The notes under the pieces were generated by a model that searched no databases, was not told the DNA's origin, and saw nothing but the letters and a program-made list of their open reading frames with translations. From an uncultured bacterium (GTDB lineage: Bacteria; UBP7; UBA6624), in contig CAXGSM010000001.1 of NCBI GenBank assembly GCA_964012435.1, positions 99,377 through 163,376 of the forward strand: 64,000 nucleotides of DNA, written 5' to 3'. The position numbers and the translations under genes were made by a program. Shown here in pieces: positions 29,183-39,272 of this stretch (positions are counted from its first letter, which is position 1; each line of letters starts with the position of its first letter).

Positions 29183-30571
29183 TTAAAAACTATGTTGAAT
29201 TCCTGAAAAAACTGTCTGTTCAGCGTTTTGAATTTTTTCAAGCCCAACAACTATGTTTGTTGATTTTGAAATAGGAATACCTAGTTTTATTTTTAGATTC
29301 ACATCTAGATCTTCTGGCCACCATGCTATTGTTTTTAAGCTTATATTTTGATTAAATGATATTTCAGCAGCTGTATTTCCCCTGAACCTTCCGGCTCCAA
29401 GGTTGATCTTTGTCCCCCTTAGTCCAGCGAAAAAATTAGTTTGGGACTCATTCCACCATTCTTGATTAAGCCCAAGGTACCAGTCATCTTTCAAAAATTG
29501 AAACTCAAGCTCGCTTCCAAGGCTTTTTGATTGAGAGTCTTCATTATTTAGGTGAAAGATGCTTATGTTTGATTTTCTTTCAATTTGATTTATACCTGAA
29601 AATGTATCATTAATTGATGATGTAGCGCTATTGATACTTTCTGTCATGCTTTGAACATCTTTAAGGAAATCTTTTTCTGAAAGCTCAGAAGTGATTGTTG
29701 AGATGTTGTTTAAGATGCTGTTGACTTCTCCTTCTATGTTGTTAAGTCTTGAATCCATTGACAAGCCTTCAATTTCATTATTCAAGGAGGAAATTGTTTG
29801 GTTTGCATTGTCTATAAGGGAGTTTATTTGATCAGGAAGCTCAGCTGTAGCTTGGTCCATATTTGAGCTTGTGTTATCCAAATTAGCTATAACGCTGTCT
29901 GTTTTTGCTGTAATTTCTTTTATGGATCCTTTTAGCTCTTTTGTCATTTCGTCTATATTGCTAATTGTTGAGCTTAGCTTGGGTCCAATATCCTTCATTG
30001 TCACATTCATCTCTTCAAGTATTTTGTTTACACCTAAAAGTGTTGTTGTTCTTAGCTGTTTTATAACTCCTTCTAGCTCTTTTACGGCATCATCAAGATT
30101 CGGTGTTGCTTCATAGATGCCTATAGCTGTTGCTCCATTTTGGAGATATCCACCAGGTACATTTTTATTGCAGCCAGACTCTTCATCCCCTGCTAGCTCT
30201 TCTGGAAATTCTTTTGCAGCTGTTGGGCAGCTATATATGTCCAGAGAGGCATCACCTAAAAGGCTTCCTGTATTAATTGTGTAATAGCTCCTATTGGAAA
30301 CTTTAATTCCTTTGTAAAGACCTAAATACACACGTGCTCCTCCGATTTCGGCGTCACTAATTACATTATTAACTGTTCCAACCCTTACCCCATTTTGTCT
30401 TACATCAGCCCCTCTAACAAGTCCCTTTACGTTTCTGAATTTAACATTCACCTCAAGGCCTTTTCTTGATTCAATTGTGTTCCAGCTGAACCAAAACACT
30501 AAGCCAACCAAAATTGACACTGTTAAAAACACAAAAAAACCAAGTCTTATTAAATGTGATTGATTATTCAT
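29183..30571 (-). CDS. mlaD: MlaD/MCE protein with long helical region and probable C-terminal beta-barrel
   Basis: N-terminal TM, GL..GADVR.NGV.VG.V MCE motif, heptad-like middle region, amphipathic strands ending in Phe. Confidence 0.9.
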   Translation of the reverse strand: MNNQSHLIRLGFFVFLTVSILVGLVFWFSWNTIESRKGLEVNVKFRNVKGLVRGADVRQNGVRVGTVNNVISDAEIGGARVYLGLYKGIKVSNRSYYTINTGSLLGDASLDIYSCPTAAKEFPEELAGDEESGCNKNVPGGYLQNGATAIGIYEATPNLDDAVKELEGVIKQLRTTTLLGVNKILEEMNVTMKDIGPKLSSTISNIDEMTKELKGSIKEITAKTDSVIANLDNTSSNMDQATAELPDQINSLIDNANQTISSLNNEIEGLSMDSRLNNIEGEVNSILNNISTITSELSEKDFLKDVQSMTESINSATSSINDTFSGINQIERKSNISIFHLNNEDSQSKSLGSELEFQFLKDDWYLGLNQEWWNESQTNFFAGLRGTKINLGAGRFRGNTAAEISFNQNISLKTIAWWPEDLDVNLKIKLGIPISKSTNIVVGLEKIQNAEQTVFSGIQHSF

Positions 30572-30598
30572 CTTTCTTAATTATAAAATCCTTATTCA

Positions 30599-31372
30599 TT
30601 ATGTTGGTAACCCCTTTATAAATTTGCTTAATTTATTCAAATTTGAATCTTTGTAATCTGTTTTTTCTGATTTAATAATTTTTTGTATTCCTTTTTTGTC
30701 CGCATTAGCTGAAACAATTCCACCTTCAACGAGTATCGTTTTTGTACAAACTTCAGATATGAAATTTATATCATGACTAACTATTATTGAAATTTTGGAA
30801 TTAGACAAAGATGATTTAATTATTTCAATTATGCTTCTCGACCTTTGTGGATCCAGGCCGGTTGTGGGTTCATCAAACAACATTATCTCTGGACTCGTTA
30901 CAAGGGTTCTAGCCAGACCAACTCTTCTTGCTTGCCCTCCGGAAAGTTGGCTAACAAATCTTTTTCTAATGTTTCCAATATCATCAAGGCCGACTGATTC
31001 AAGTATTTTATCTATCGTGGAGCTCCATTCTTTTTTAGGCACACCTGTTGCCTCCATCGCAAATTTAAGATTTCCTTCAACGTTCAGAAAGTCAAAAAGA
31101 GCTCCTGCTTGAAAAACCATGCCTATTTTTTTTGATATAGCCTTTTTTCTTACAATGGTATTTTTCCATATCGATTCTCCATCCACCTTGATATCGCCTT
31201 CATCTGGTCTAAGCAAACCTCCAATTATTCGTAGAAGTGTTGATTTTCCACATCCACTTTGGCCAAGTATGCCAAGCACTCCATCGGATATTGAATAGTT
31301 TAAGTTGTTAAGTATTCTTTCATCAATGTTATGCCCAAAAGATATATTTTCAATTTCTATCTTCATGGTCAA
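30599..31372 (-). CDS. mlaF: MlaF-type ABC ATP-binding protein
   Basis: GQSGCGKST, VFQAGALFD, LSGGQ.RRV.LAR, DEPTTGLDP; between mlaE and mlaD. Confidence 0.9.
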   Translation of the reverse strand: MTMKIEIENISFGHNIDERILNNLNYSISDGVLGILGQSGCGKSTLLRIIGGLLRPDEGDIKVDGESIWKNTIVRKKAISKKIGMVFQAGALFDFLNVEGNLKFAMEATGVPKKEWSSTIDKILESVGLDDIGNIRKRFVSQLSGGQARRVGLARTLVTSPEIMLFDEPTTGLDPQRSRSIIEIIKSSLSNSKISIIVSHDINFISEVCTKTILVEGGIVSANADKKGIQKIIKSEKTDYKDSNLNKLSKFIKGLPT

Positions 31373-32160
31373 AAAACAAGTACGGTCATGATTAAATTTG
31401 CTATGAGTATAAATGTCATAGAGCCCACAACCCCTATCTGTATCCTCCTTGAAAGTTCTTCTGAACTTTGGTGAACTGTCCAGCCTTGGTAAAAGCTAAC
31501 AATTGTAATTATTGCTCCAAATACTACACTTTTATAGATCGAATGATAAAGTTTTTCTATCTCAAAAAGATCTAATATCGAGAATGTCCATGTGCTCCAA
31601 GACAAATGAAGCACTCTTTCAGCTGCAAGATATCCAGCAATATTTCCCATGATGCACCCAAGAACAGTCAAGCAAGGTAAAGCTATCATAAGACCTAGCA
31701 GTCTTGGGAAAAAAAGAAATTGTATTGGGTCTGTAGAAATACTTTTAAGTGCTTCTATTTGTTCTGTTATTTTCATAGAGCCTATTGATGCAGTTATTGC
31801 ACTTCCGGTCCTACCTGCAACCACAAGACCAACAAGGATTGGAACTAGTTGAGTTACAAGCATTTGAGTTACTCCGCCACCCATGAACTCAGCACCCACG
31901 CCCGCTCTTCGAACTTCTTCTGCTATCAAATATGAAGAAGTTACTCCAGCTACCGCGCTGGTTATTGCAACTATGCCGAACGCATTAACACCAGAGCTGG
32001 AAGAAAAATAAACAAACTCAGAAAAATAATACTTATATGGAGGGTGAAAACCTTCCCATATCGAGGAAACAAAGCTGCCTATATTTTTAAAAGCGCTCTT
32101 GCCCAGGTCAGAACTTTGATCCTGTATGCTCTTTCCAATGTTCAAGAAGATTTTTTTCAT
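31369..32160 (-). CDS. mlaE: MlaE-type ABC permease
   Basis: AGRTGSAITA.IGSMKITEQIEAL....DP..L..PR signature. Confidence 0.93.
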   Translation of the reverse strand: MKKIFLNIGKSIQDQSSDLGKSAFKNIGSFVSSIWEGFHPPYKYYFSEFVYFSSSSGVNAFGIVAITSAVAGVTSSYLIAEEVRRAGVGAEFMGGGVTQMLVTQLVPILVGLVVAGRTGSAITASIGSMKITEQIEALKSISTDPIQFLFFPRLLGLMIALPCLTVLGCIMGNIAGYLAAERVLHLSWSTWTFSILDLFEIEKLYHSIYKSVVFGAIITIVSFYQGWTVHQSSEELSRRIQIGVVGSMTFILIANLIMTVLVF

Positions 32161-32185
32161 TTATTTAATTCTAGATAGATAATTG

Positions 32186-33115
32186 TTAAATATCTCCAGT
32201 TGCAACCTGAAAAGATTCACCCATTCCAAATGGAGAAATCAATTCTTTTAAAGCCATTTTATCCTTGTATGACATATCTGGTTTGACAATTTCCTCTAAA
32301 AAAGGTAAGGAAAAATTAGTTAATGTTTTTATTTTGATATTTTTAAAATTGTTTTTTGAGCATATTTCTTCAAAAAGGTTCCACCTCACATCACTCGTCC
32401 AGTCTGTTTTGCCAGGATTAGAAAATGGTTTTAGCTGTTTATGCCCCCCAAAACCCCTAAGCGTGTCTCCATAAAGTTCATGAATACCATAATCAATAAA
32501 AATAAAACTTGATTTTTTAAACTTATTTTTTAGCCCCAAAAGGAATTTTTTTAAATCTGGTTGATATTCCAAGATTTTATTTTCTATTGGATTTTTTATG
32601 TTTTTTAAAAAGATATTGTTTTTTTTAACTTTCTCCCATTTGTTGTTCCATTCTTTATCCTTGAAGATCCAATATTCTTCATACCAGCATCCTTTTGAAA
32701 AAAGAAATCTTCTTACAGGGAAGGCATCAAGAATTTCGATTCCAATGATTAAGCAGTTTTCATGAGGCTTCTTGGTTTTTAAATGATCATTTGGCTTTAT
32801 GGTTTTGATGTTTTTTGAATCAACCCAATCCACTATTGTGTAATTTGTATTTTTTTCCAAATTTTTAAATTGTTTTGCAAAATAGCCATCCCCACCTCCA
32901 AATTCAAAAATTTTGTTGTGTTTGTTTTTTTTGAACTTCAAGCTAACCATCCTTGCTAAAATGTCACTTAGATGTATTGGGGTGTAAAAATCACCAGACC
33001 CACCAGGTTCTTTCTCTCTTTTTCTGTAGTAGCCTTGCTTCGGATGGTAAAGTGCAGACTCAAGCCATTTATCTGTCCTGTATTTTTTCGTATCATCGAT
33101 CCATTTCATTTTCAC
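32186..33115 (-). CDS. MidA/NDUFAF7-family SAM-dependent methyltransferase
   Basis: ALYHP..GYY, GDFYT, EFGGG.G, E.LDAFP, IDYG, PG..D.T.DV, MGE.F. Confidence 0.88.
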   Translation of the reverse strand: MKMKWIDDTKKYRTDKWLESALYHPKQGYYRKREKEPGGSGDFYTPIHLSDILARMVSLKFKKNKHNKIFEFGGGDGYFAKQFKNLEKNTNYTIVDWVDSKNIKTIKPNDHLKTKKPHENCLIIGIEILDAFPVRRFLFSKGCWYEEYWIFKDKEWNNKWEKVKKNNIFLKNIKNPIENKILEYQPDLKKFLLGLKNKFKKSSFIFIDYGIHELYGDTLRGFGGHKQLKPFSNPGKTDWTSDVRWNLFEEICSKNNFKNIKIKTLTNFSLPFLEEIVKPDMSYKDKMALKELISPFGMGESFQVATGDI

Positions 33116-33152
33116 CTTTGATTCTAAAATCTGAATGCTTATAATTGACCCG

Positions 33153-33446
33153 ATGGCTAGAAGTAAAGATTATGAAAAAATTGTTGAAAGATTGGCGCTT
33201 CTGAGCAATCTTAAATTAAATCAAGAGGAAATAAATCTTCATGCTGAGGATTTCCCAAGACTTTTAAGCTGGATGAACAAAATATCAACAACTGATTTGA
33301 CTGAAGATTTCAAAAGCAATCAAAAATATACAGAAGGTGAAAGCGATATTGTTTTAGATTCATTAGATAAAGATTTAATTTTGAAAATGGCAAATAGGTC
33401 AAATGGCAATTATGTTCGTGGCCCAAAGCCAAAAGGTAGAAAGTAG
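33153..33446 (+). CDS. gatC: Probable Asp/Glu-tRNA amidotransferase subunit C (divergent)
   Basis: V..LA.LS.L.L..EE N-terminus, D.V..SL..D.IL..A......Y...PK C-terminus, about 97 aa. Confidence 0.72.
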   Translation: MARSKDYEKIVERLALLSNLKLNQEEINLHAEDFPRLLSWMNKISTTDLTEDFKSNQKYTEGESDIVLDSLDKDLILKMANRSNGNYVRGPKPKGRK

Positions 33447-33451
33447 CCCTG

Positions 33452-34432
33452 ATGAAAGATATCAAGAAGCTTGTTGATGAATGTTGCAAGTTGATGTCCT
33501 CTAAAAAAGAGATCAATGAAGTTTCAAGAGTGAGGTCCAAGTACCTAGATGAAGTTACTTCGAGCTTAAGGTTAATGAAAGACTTGGATTCTGTTGCGAA
33601 AAAAAAGCTTGGTTCTGAAGTTAATTTTGCCAAAAAAGCGATTCTTGAACATTATCAAAATGTTTTGCAGTCTATAAAAAGTAAAAAAACTTCCAATTTA
33701 AGCAGGATGCATTCAAAAAGCAAATTTTTACCTTCAGTTAGGTCTGTATCTGGAAAAATGCACCCTTTAGAACGTGTCAAAAGAGAGGCTATTGGCATTT
33801 TTAAGACTATGGGCTTTTCTGTTGTCGATGGTTCTGAAGTTGAGTCTGAAAATAATAATTTTTCTTTACTGAACATTCCTGAAGACCATCCTGCTAGGGA
33901 TGAAACAGATACTTTTTGGATTAGCGGGGATTCTCTTTTAAGGACTCATACATCCTCTGTGCAGTCAAGAATTATGCAATCAAATGATCTTCCAATTCGG
34001 GTAATCTGCCCTGGCAGGGTTTACAGGAGGGAGAATGATGACAGCACTCATGCAAGCGTTTTTCATCAGATAGAAGGGCTTTTGGTGGATGAGGATATAA
34101 AGTTTTCTGACCTCAAAGGGCTTTTGGCTGAATTCTGCAAAGAGTTTTTTGGAGAGGTCACTGTTAGGTTTAGGCCAGATTATTTCCCTTTTACAGAACC
34201 TTCGGCTGAAGTGGCAATCGCTTACAAGGGTAAAAAAAATGAAAATTGGATTGAGATTGGAGGATGCGGAATGGTGCATCCGAATGTTCTCAAGATGGCC
34301 GGTATAGACCCACTTAAATGGAAAGGTTTAGCTTTTGGCATGGGGGTTGATAGACTGACGATGCTTAGATACGACATAAGAGACATTAGGCTGTTGCTTG
34401 AAGGTGGATCTAAATTCATTGAACAATTCTGA
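33452..34432 (+). CDS. pheS: Phenylalanyl-tRNA synthetase alpha subunit
   Basis: HPARD..DTF, LRTHTS, FHQIEG, FRPDYFPFTEPS, GCGMVHP, AFGMG.DR. Confidence 0.99.
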   Translation: MKDIKKLVDECCKLMSSKKEINEVSRVRSKYLDEVTSSLRLMKDLDSVAKKKLGSEVNFAKKAILEHYQNVLQSIKSKKTSNLSRMHSKSKFLPSVRSVSGKMHPLERVKREAIGIFKTMGFSVVDGSEVESENNNFSLLNIPEDHPARDETDTFWISGDSLLRTHTSSVQSRIMQSNDLPIRVICPGRVYRRENDDSTHASVFHQIEGLLVDEDIKFSDLKGLLAEFCKEFFGEVTVRFRPDYFPFTEPSAEVAIAYKGKKNENWIEIGGCGMVHPNVLKMAGIDPLKWKGLAFGMGVDRLTMLRYDIRDIRLLLEGGSKFIEQF

Positions 34433-35504
34433 TCCACTGTCTCACAGGGGTGAGCCTACAGCCTTGTTTGACTTGTCTTTTGTCAAGAATGCTGTAGTAG
34501 ATTTAAAATTAAAACCTGAAAACAAAGTTATCCTAGTGAGAGGTACGAATGGAAAAACTTCCACTTGTTTTTTCCTTGATTCAATCATAAGAAGAAATAA
34601 GTTAAGTTCAATTTGTTTTACATCCCCGCATATGCATACCCCTAATGAAAGAATCTTATTAAATGGCGTAAACCTAGCAATGAAAGATTTTTTTCATTAT
34701 GAAAAAAAAATATCACGATATGAAAAGCGAAAATGCAAAAGAAAATTTACATATTTTGAGGCAGTTTTTTTGATTTGCTTGTTTGCAAATATTAAAAACA
34801 AGCCTGATTATTTAATTCTTGAAGCTGGCTTGGGTGGGCCTAAGGATGCAACAGCTGCAGTTAGTTTTGATTTATTGGTGCTGACCTCAATAGGTCTTGA
34901 TCATCAGCTTTTTTTAGGAGAGACAAAAGAGCAAATACTGATGTCCAAGATGTCTGACATTCAGGATGTAGAGACAATAACCCTTATTGAAAATAAAAAG
35001 TATGCTTATTTGAATTCTAAAAATATCAGATACATAGAGAATTATCATTCTGATCCTGATTTTTTATCTAAAAATAAAAATTTAGCAGAGGGTGTTGCCA
35101 GGCATTTAGGGCTTGAGGTAAAAAAAATAAATACAACCGTAAGCGGTAGGTTTCAAATTCTAAGAAAAAAACCATTATTAGTTTTGGACGGAGCACATAA
35201 CCCAGAAGGTTTGCGCTATTTGCATAAATATATTAAAAAATTTGAAATTAAAAAAGCACTGATAGGGATGAGAGATGGAAAGTTGAAAGATTGCAGATGC
35301 GCTATAGATGAATTTGGTTTTGAAAAAATAGCTTGGTGCAACCTGCCTAAACCTTGGCAGTCAGATGTTCCATTAGGTCATTGGAGTCACTTGAAAACTG
35401 ATTCAGAAATATTAGAATGGATTCTTGCTGATGAAGATTGTATTGTGTTTGGATCTTTGTATCTTGCATCTAAAATTTTAAAAATGTTAAAAGTGAAAAA
35501 TTAA
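34398..35504 (+). CDS. folC: Folylpolyglutamate/dihydrofolate synthase (compact; start uncertain)
   Basis: GTNGK.S, TSPH...NERI, EAGLGG..DAT, IGLDH..LG, GRFQ, DGAHN, GSLYL. Confidence 0.92.
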   Translation: MKVDLNSLNNSDPLSHRGEPTALFDLSFVKNAVVDLKLKPENKVILVRGTNGKTSTCFFLDSIIRRNKLSSICFTSPHMHTPNERILLNGVNLAMKDFFHYEKKISRYEKRKCKRKFTYFEAVFLICLFANIKNKPDYLILEAGLGGPKDATAAVSFDLLVLTSIGLDHQLFLGETKEQILMSKMSDIQDVETITLIENKKYAYLNSKNIRYIENYHSDPDFLSKNKNLAEGVARHLGLEVKKINTTVSGRFQILRKKPLLVLDGAHNPEGLRYLHKYIKKFEIKKALIGMRDGKLKDCRCAIDEFGFEKIAWCNLPKPWQSDVPLGHWSHLKTDSEILEWILADEDCIVFGSLYLASKILKMLKVKN

Positions 35505-35505
35505 A

Positions 35506-35877
35506 ATGAAATTTGAATTTAAGAAATATTTGAATCACATTTATTTTGCCTTTATTTTTATTTTTTCTGGCTACTTGATGATTAACTCTTATGCAGACAA
35601 GGACCCTTTTAGGTTTTTTGATAAAAAATCCAACCGTGTTCAGATTTATATTGGTTCTTTCTCAGACATGCAAGCCATGACTTCTTTTTTAGCTGATTTT
35701 ACCGAATGGGGTAATCAGAAATACCTCAATGATTATCCGCCTCCATATGTTAAAGTGACAAGAGAGGATAGGACTATGGTTGTGACATGGGGGCCTTTTG
35801 AGGAAGAAGTTGCACAAGGGGCGTTGAAAGAAGTGTTAGAGAGGTGGAATATATTGGCAGAGGTTCGAGATGAGTGA
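35506..35877 (+). CDS. Membrane-anchored SPOR-domain-like protein
   Basis: N-terminal TM then VQIYIGSF...V.WGPF....A pattern; follows folC as dedD does in E. coli. Confidence 0.55.
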   Translation: MKFEFKKYLNHIYFAFIFIFSGYLMINSYADKDPFRFFDKKSNRVQIYIGSFSDMQAMTSFLADFTEWGNQKYLNDYPPPYVKVTREDRTMVVTWGPFEEEVAQGALKEVLERWNILAEVRDE

Positions 35878-36859
35878 TTTTTCTTCTCTTTGGTTAGATT
35901 TAGATGAAAGCATTATTGTAAAACTTGACAAAGAGTGCGATAAGCTTTCTGGTGAGCCTGATGGTGAATGGTATGACGAGGTTCTTTCTCATGTTGCAAA
36001 AACAGGTGGAAAAAGAGTAAGACCTAAATTTTTGCTAGTTTTATTGAATTTTTTAAATTGCAGAATTGATGATAGATGCATTAAGTTGGGTGCACTTGTT
36101 GAAACTCTTCATCAAGTTAGTCTTTTACATGATGATGTAGTTGACGATGCGCCAAAAAGACGATCTGAAATAAGTGTGAATCTAGGCTGGGGCTCTAAAA
36201 CTGCTATTTTGTTAGGTGATTTTTTATTAGGTAGAGTTCTGGAAGTCCTTTCAAACGACCCTGATAAAGATGTTATGAAGGATTTTGCAAGAGCATCTAG
36301 AGCCTTGTCAAGGGGTATTCTTTTAGAGCATGAGGCAAGGTACAACTTTGATGTTTCAGATGATCTTTTGTCTAGAATAGCTCAAGAAAAAACAGGTTCT
36401 CTTTTTAGGCTTTCGGCAGAAACTGCTGGAAGAATAGCAGGTTTAAATGATAGTAAAATTAAATCTCTTGCATTTGCTGGCGAATTGATTGGAGAAAGTT
36501 TTCAATTCATTGATGATTGTTTGGATTGGATTGGAGGAGAGTCTGTAGTTGGCAAGCCAACAGGCCATGATCTTTTGGAAGGGTTCGTTAACAGGCCACT
36601 AGTAAGACTCAGGGAGAAAGGTTTTATTTTAGCTGGACACCCTCAAAAACATGATATTAAGAAATGGAAAACGTGGGCGAGTGAAAATATTGATGAAATA
36701 ACCTGTTTAATGAATGATGAACAGATAATTGAAAAATGTATTGAAGAGTCAGAATCCTTATTAAAAGAGGCTTTTGAGATTTTGAAAACAGTTTTGCCAA
36801 AAGATTCTGGTTTTGATCCTGGCTTTTGGCTCCAAATCTTTTCTAGGAGGATGAAATGA
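35870..36859 (+). CDS. Polyprenyl diphosphate synthase
   Basis: GGKR.RP, LHDDVVD...RR, GDFL, KT..LF, FQ..DD.LD, GK..G.DL. Confidence 0.96.
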   Translation: MSDFSSLWLDLDESIIVKLDKECDKLSGEPDGEWYDEVLSHVAKTGGKRVRPKFLLVLLNFLNCRIDDRCIKLGALVETLHQVSLLHDDVVDDAPKRRSEISVNLGWGSKTAILLGDFLLGRVLEVLSNDPDKDVMKDFARASRALSRGILLEHEARYNFDVSDDLLSRIAQEKTGSLFRLSAETAGRIAGLNDSKIKSLAFAGELIGESFQFIDDCLDWIGGESVVGKPTGHDLLEGFVNRPLVRLREKGFILAGHPQKHDIKKWKTWASENIDEITCLMNDEQIIEKCIEESESLLKEAFEILKTVLPKDSGFDPGFWLQIFSRRMK

Positions 36860-37764
36860 AAAACAAAGGTTGGATATTTATTTTTATTATTTTGATATTA
36901 ACTTTTTTTATAGATGATGTCAGCTTAAGTCAAAATATGGGCTCTCGTGTTGCCTTGCTCGAGATTAAAGGTCCGATAATGCAAGAATCTTCTGGCATTT
37001 CGGCAGGTAGCAGAGATATAGCAAATGCAATATTAAATGCAGCTCAAAATAGTGAAGTGAGAGCTATTTTTCTCGACATAAATAGCCCAGGAGGTACTGT
37101 TGGAGGATCGCAAGAGATATATTGGGCTTTAAGAAAATTTAGAGATTCTGATTATTCTTATCTTGGAGACGGTGGAGAGACTTTAAGTTCAAAAAAAATT
37201 GTTCATGCTTACATTGGCGAACTTGGAGCTTCTGGGGGTTATTATGCTGCAAGTGCAGCAAATCACATCTCCTCCCTACCCTCTTCGCTAGTTGGTTCGA
37301 TAGGTGTTATATTTTCAAATTTTAACTTTGTTAAGATGATGGAAAAAATAGGAATTGAAGATCAAACTTTCACAGCTGGCGAGTATAAGGATTTAGGTAG
37401 TTCGTTTAAAACTATGAGTGATGAAGACAGAAAGGTTTTACAGGAGATGATAGATGAATCCTATGATGTTTTCGTTAATGACGTTGCTTATGGTAGAAAG
37501 AATTTAAGTTTAGAGGAAGTAAAAGGTCTTGCAAATGGCTGGGTATACTCTGGAAACAAGGCTGTTGAAAATGGTCTTATTGATTCTGTTGTTTATAGCT
37601 ACAGAGAGGCTTTGGATAATTTATGCTTAGAGGTTGGAGAGAAGGTCCAATGTGAAACTTACATGATTACACCTGAGTCTGACCCTTTTGCGGATATATT
37701 TAATCTTCTTGGGAGATTTGATCTATTGAATCATAAATTTTTTACACTTTACCCTAATTATTAA
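36856..37764 (+). CDS. sppA: Signal peptide peptidase SppA (S49)
   Basis: INSPGG, ASGGYY, GSIGV, G.YKD, GLID. Confidence 0.95.
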   Translation: MKNKGWIFIFIILILTFFIDDVSLSQNMGSRVALLEIKGPIMQESSGISAGSRDIANAILNAAQNSEVRAIFLDINSPGGTVGGSQEIYWALRKFRDSDYSYLGDGGETLSSKKIVHAYIGELGASGGYYAASAANHISSLPSSLVGSIGVIFSNFNFVKMMEKIGIEDQTFTAGEYKDLGSSFKTMSDEDRKVLQEMIDESYDVFVNDVAYGRKNLSLEEVKGLANGWVYSGNKAVENGLIDSVVYSYREALDNLCLEVGEKVQCETYMITPESDPFADIFNLLGRFDLLNHKFFTLYPNY

Positions 37765-37808
37765 TATAAAATAATGGTGAATTGCTTTAAATGGAGGCTG
37801 TTATTTAA

Positions 37809-38441
37809 ATGATAGTACAAGCACAACCCAGGGAGTTAATAATTACTTGCCTAAACTCTTATGCTAATTTCAATTTAGCTTATTGGAATTATGCTGACCC
37901 GGGAAAAATAATTAGATTCTGGGTTGGATACAGAGAGAGAGCTGAATTCTTGATTTCAGAAATGGAAGAATCTGATGAAAAAGAAGAAATGATAGCTAGG
38001 CTTTTCGAGGCCGACAGGGTTGTATTAAAGAAACGTTTAAACAATTTGAGATCCAAAGACTTTGTTAACTTGCCAAGATTTGATGTGCCTTTTGAAAGAT
38101 GGTGGTGGTATATAGATTTAATTAAAACAAAATTTATAAAACCTGAACCAGGTTTTGCAGGCAGTATGCCTCAATCGGTTTCGAAGCTTTTTGGCTTTGG
38201 TGTCGAAGAGGTCGTTGAGGAAGAGGTAGAAATAGATTTGTCAAATTTAAAAATTGGCAAGGTTTGGATTGCACCAGGTTGTATTGTCTGCAACGCTTGT
38301 GAAGAAATATGCCCTGATGTTTTTGATGTTCAGGAAGAAACTTGCGTTATCCGCGATGATCCTAATTTGGAACTCGTGCAAGATATTGTTGATGCTGCTG
38401 ATGCGTGCCCTGTAGAGGTTATTAAGTTCCAGCCAGCATAA
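37809..38441 (+). CDS. Fusion of an unknown helical domain and a single-cluster ferredoxin
   Basis: C-terminal CIVCNAC...CP...AADACP; GGAGG upstream; N-terminal ~130 aa not recognised. Confidence 0.85.
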   Translation: MIVQAQPRELIITCLNSYANFNLAYWNYADPGKIIRFWVGYRERAEFLISEMEESDEKEEMIARLFEADRVVLKKRLNNLRSKDFVNLPRFDVPFERWWWYIDLIKTKFIKPEPGFAGSMPQSVSKLFGFGVEEVVEEEVEIDLSNLKIGKVWIAPGCIVCNACEEICPDVFDVQEETCVIRDDPNLELVQDIVDAADACPVEVIKFQPA

Positions 38442-38444
38442 TCT

Positions 38445-39272
38445 ATGAAAAAAATAGGATTAAGGGTAAACCCGGTTGATAAAAGGGTTGATTCCTTTTT
38501 GCCTAAGATAATCGAAGATTTAGCATATTTTTCAATTGAACCCATAATATTAAATGAAGATGCTGAGCAGAAAGGTATGTATGTTGAGAAGAAAGCATAT
38601 CTTAAAGACGATCTTGATTTGTTGGTTGTCTTAGGTGGAGATGGTACTATCTTAAACGCTGGACGAATGTCTGCCATGAGCCAAGTCCCAATTCTAGGAG
38701 TTTCTATAGGCTCTTTTGGTTTTCTAACAAGCACTGACATTAGTGGCTTTAGAGAGACTTTCAAGTCAGTAATTGAAGGAAATTTTATTCTTGAAAAGAG
38801 ACCTTTGCTTGAGGGCTTGATTAAAGAAAAATGTTTTTTGTCTGTAAATGATTTCGTTGTTTCCCATCATGGACATTCCTCAGTTTCTCCTTTTGAAATT
38901 CGAATAGATAAATCTGTCTTGAAGTATAAAGGTGACGGTCTTGTCATATCTACATCTACTGGATCCACAGCATACAACCTTTCCGCAGGTGGGCCTGTTG
39001 TTGATCCAGAAATGTCGTGCATGCTTTTAACCCCCATTTGTGCTCATCTTATTGGAGTTAGGCCAATGGTTATTTCAGATAAAAAAGTTCTTGTATCAGC
39101 AATAAAATCAAAAAAATATTCACTTTCTGTAGATGGCCAGCATGCAGTTGATTTTTCAAATCTTGAATCACTGGAAGTAAGAATAAGCGACTTGTTCTTT
39201 AAGTTGATAAGAAGCCAGCAGTCTTCAGACTTTTGGACGGTTGTAAAAGAGAAGTTTCACTGGGGTAATTAA
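38445..39272 (+). CDS. nadK: NAD kinase
   Basis: LGGDGT, G.FGFL, ND, GDG..IST.TGSTAY.LSAGGP. Confidence 0.96.
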   Translation: MKKIGLRVNPVDKRVDSFLPKIIEDLAYFSIEPIILNEDAEQKGMYVEKKAYLKDDLDLLVVLGGDGTILNAGRMSAMSQVPILGVSIGSFGFLTSTDISGFRETFKSVIEGNFILEKRPLLEGLIKEKCFLSVNDFVVSHHGHSSVSPFEIRIDKSVLKYKGDGLVISTSTGSTAYNLSAGGPVVDPEMSCMLLTPICAHLIGVRPMVISDKKVLVSAIKSKKYSLSVDGQHAVDFSNLESLEVRISDLFFKLIRSQQSSDFWTVVKEKFHWGN

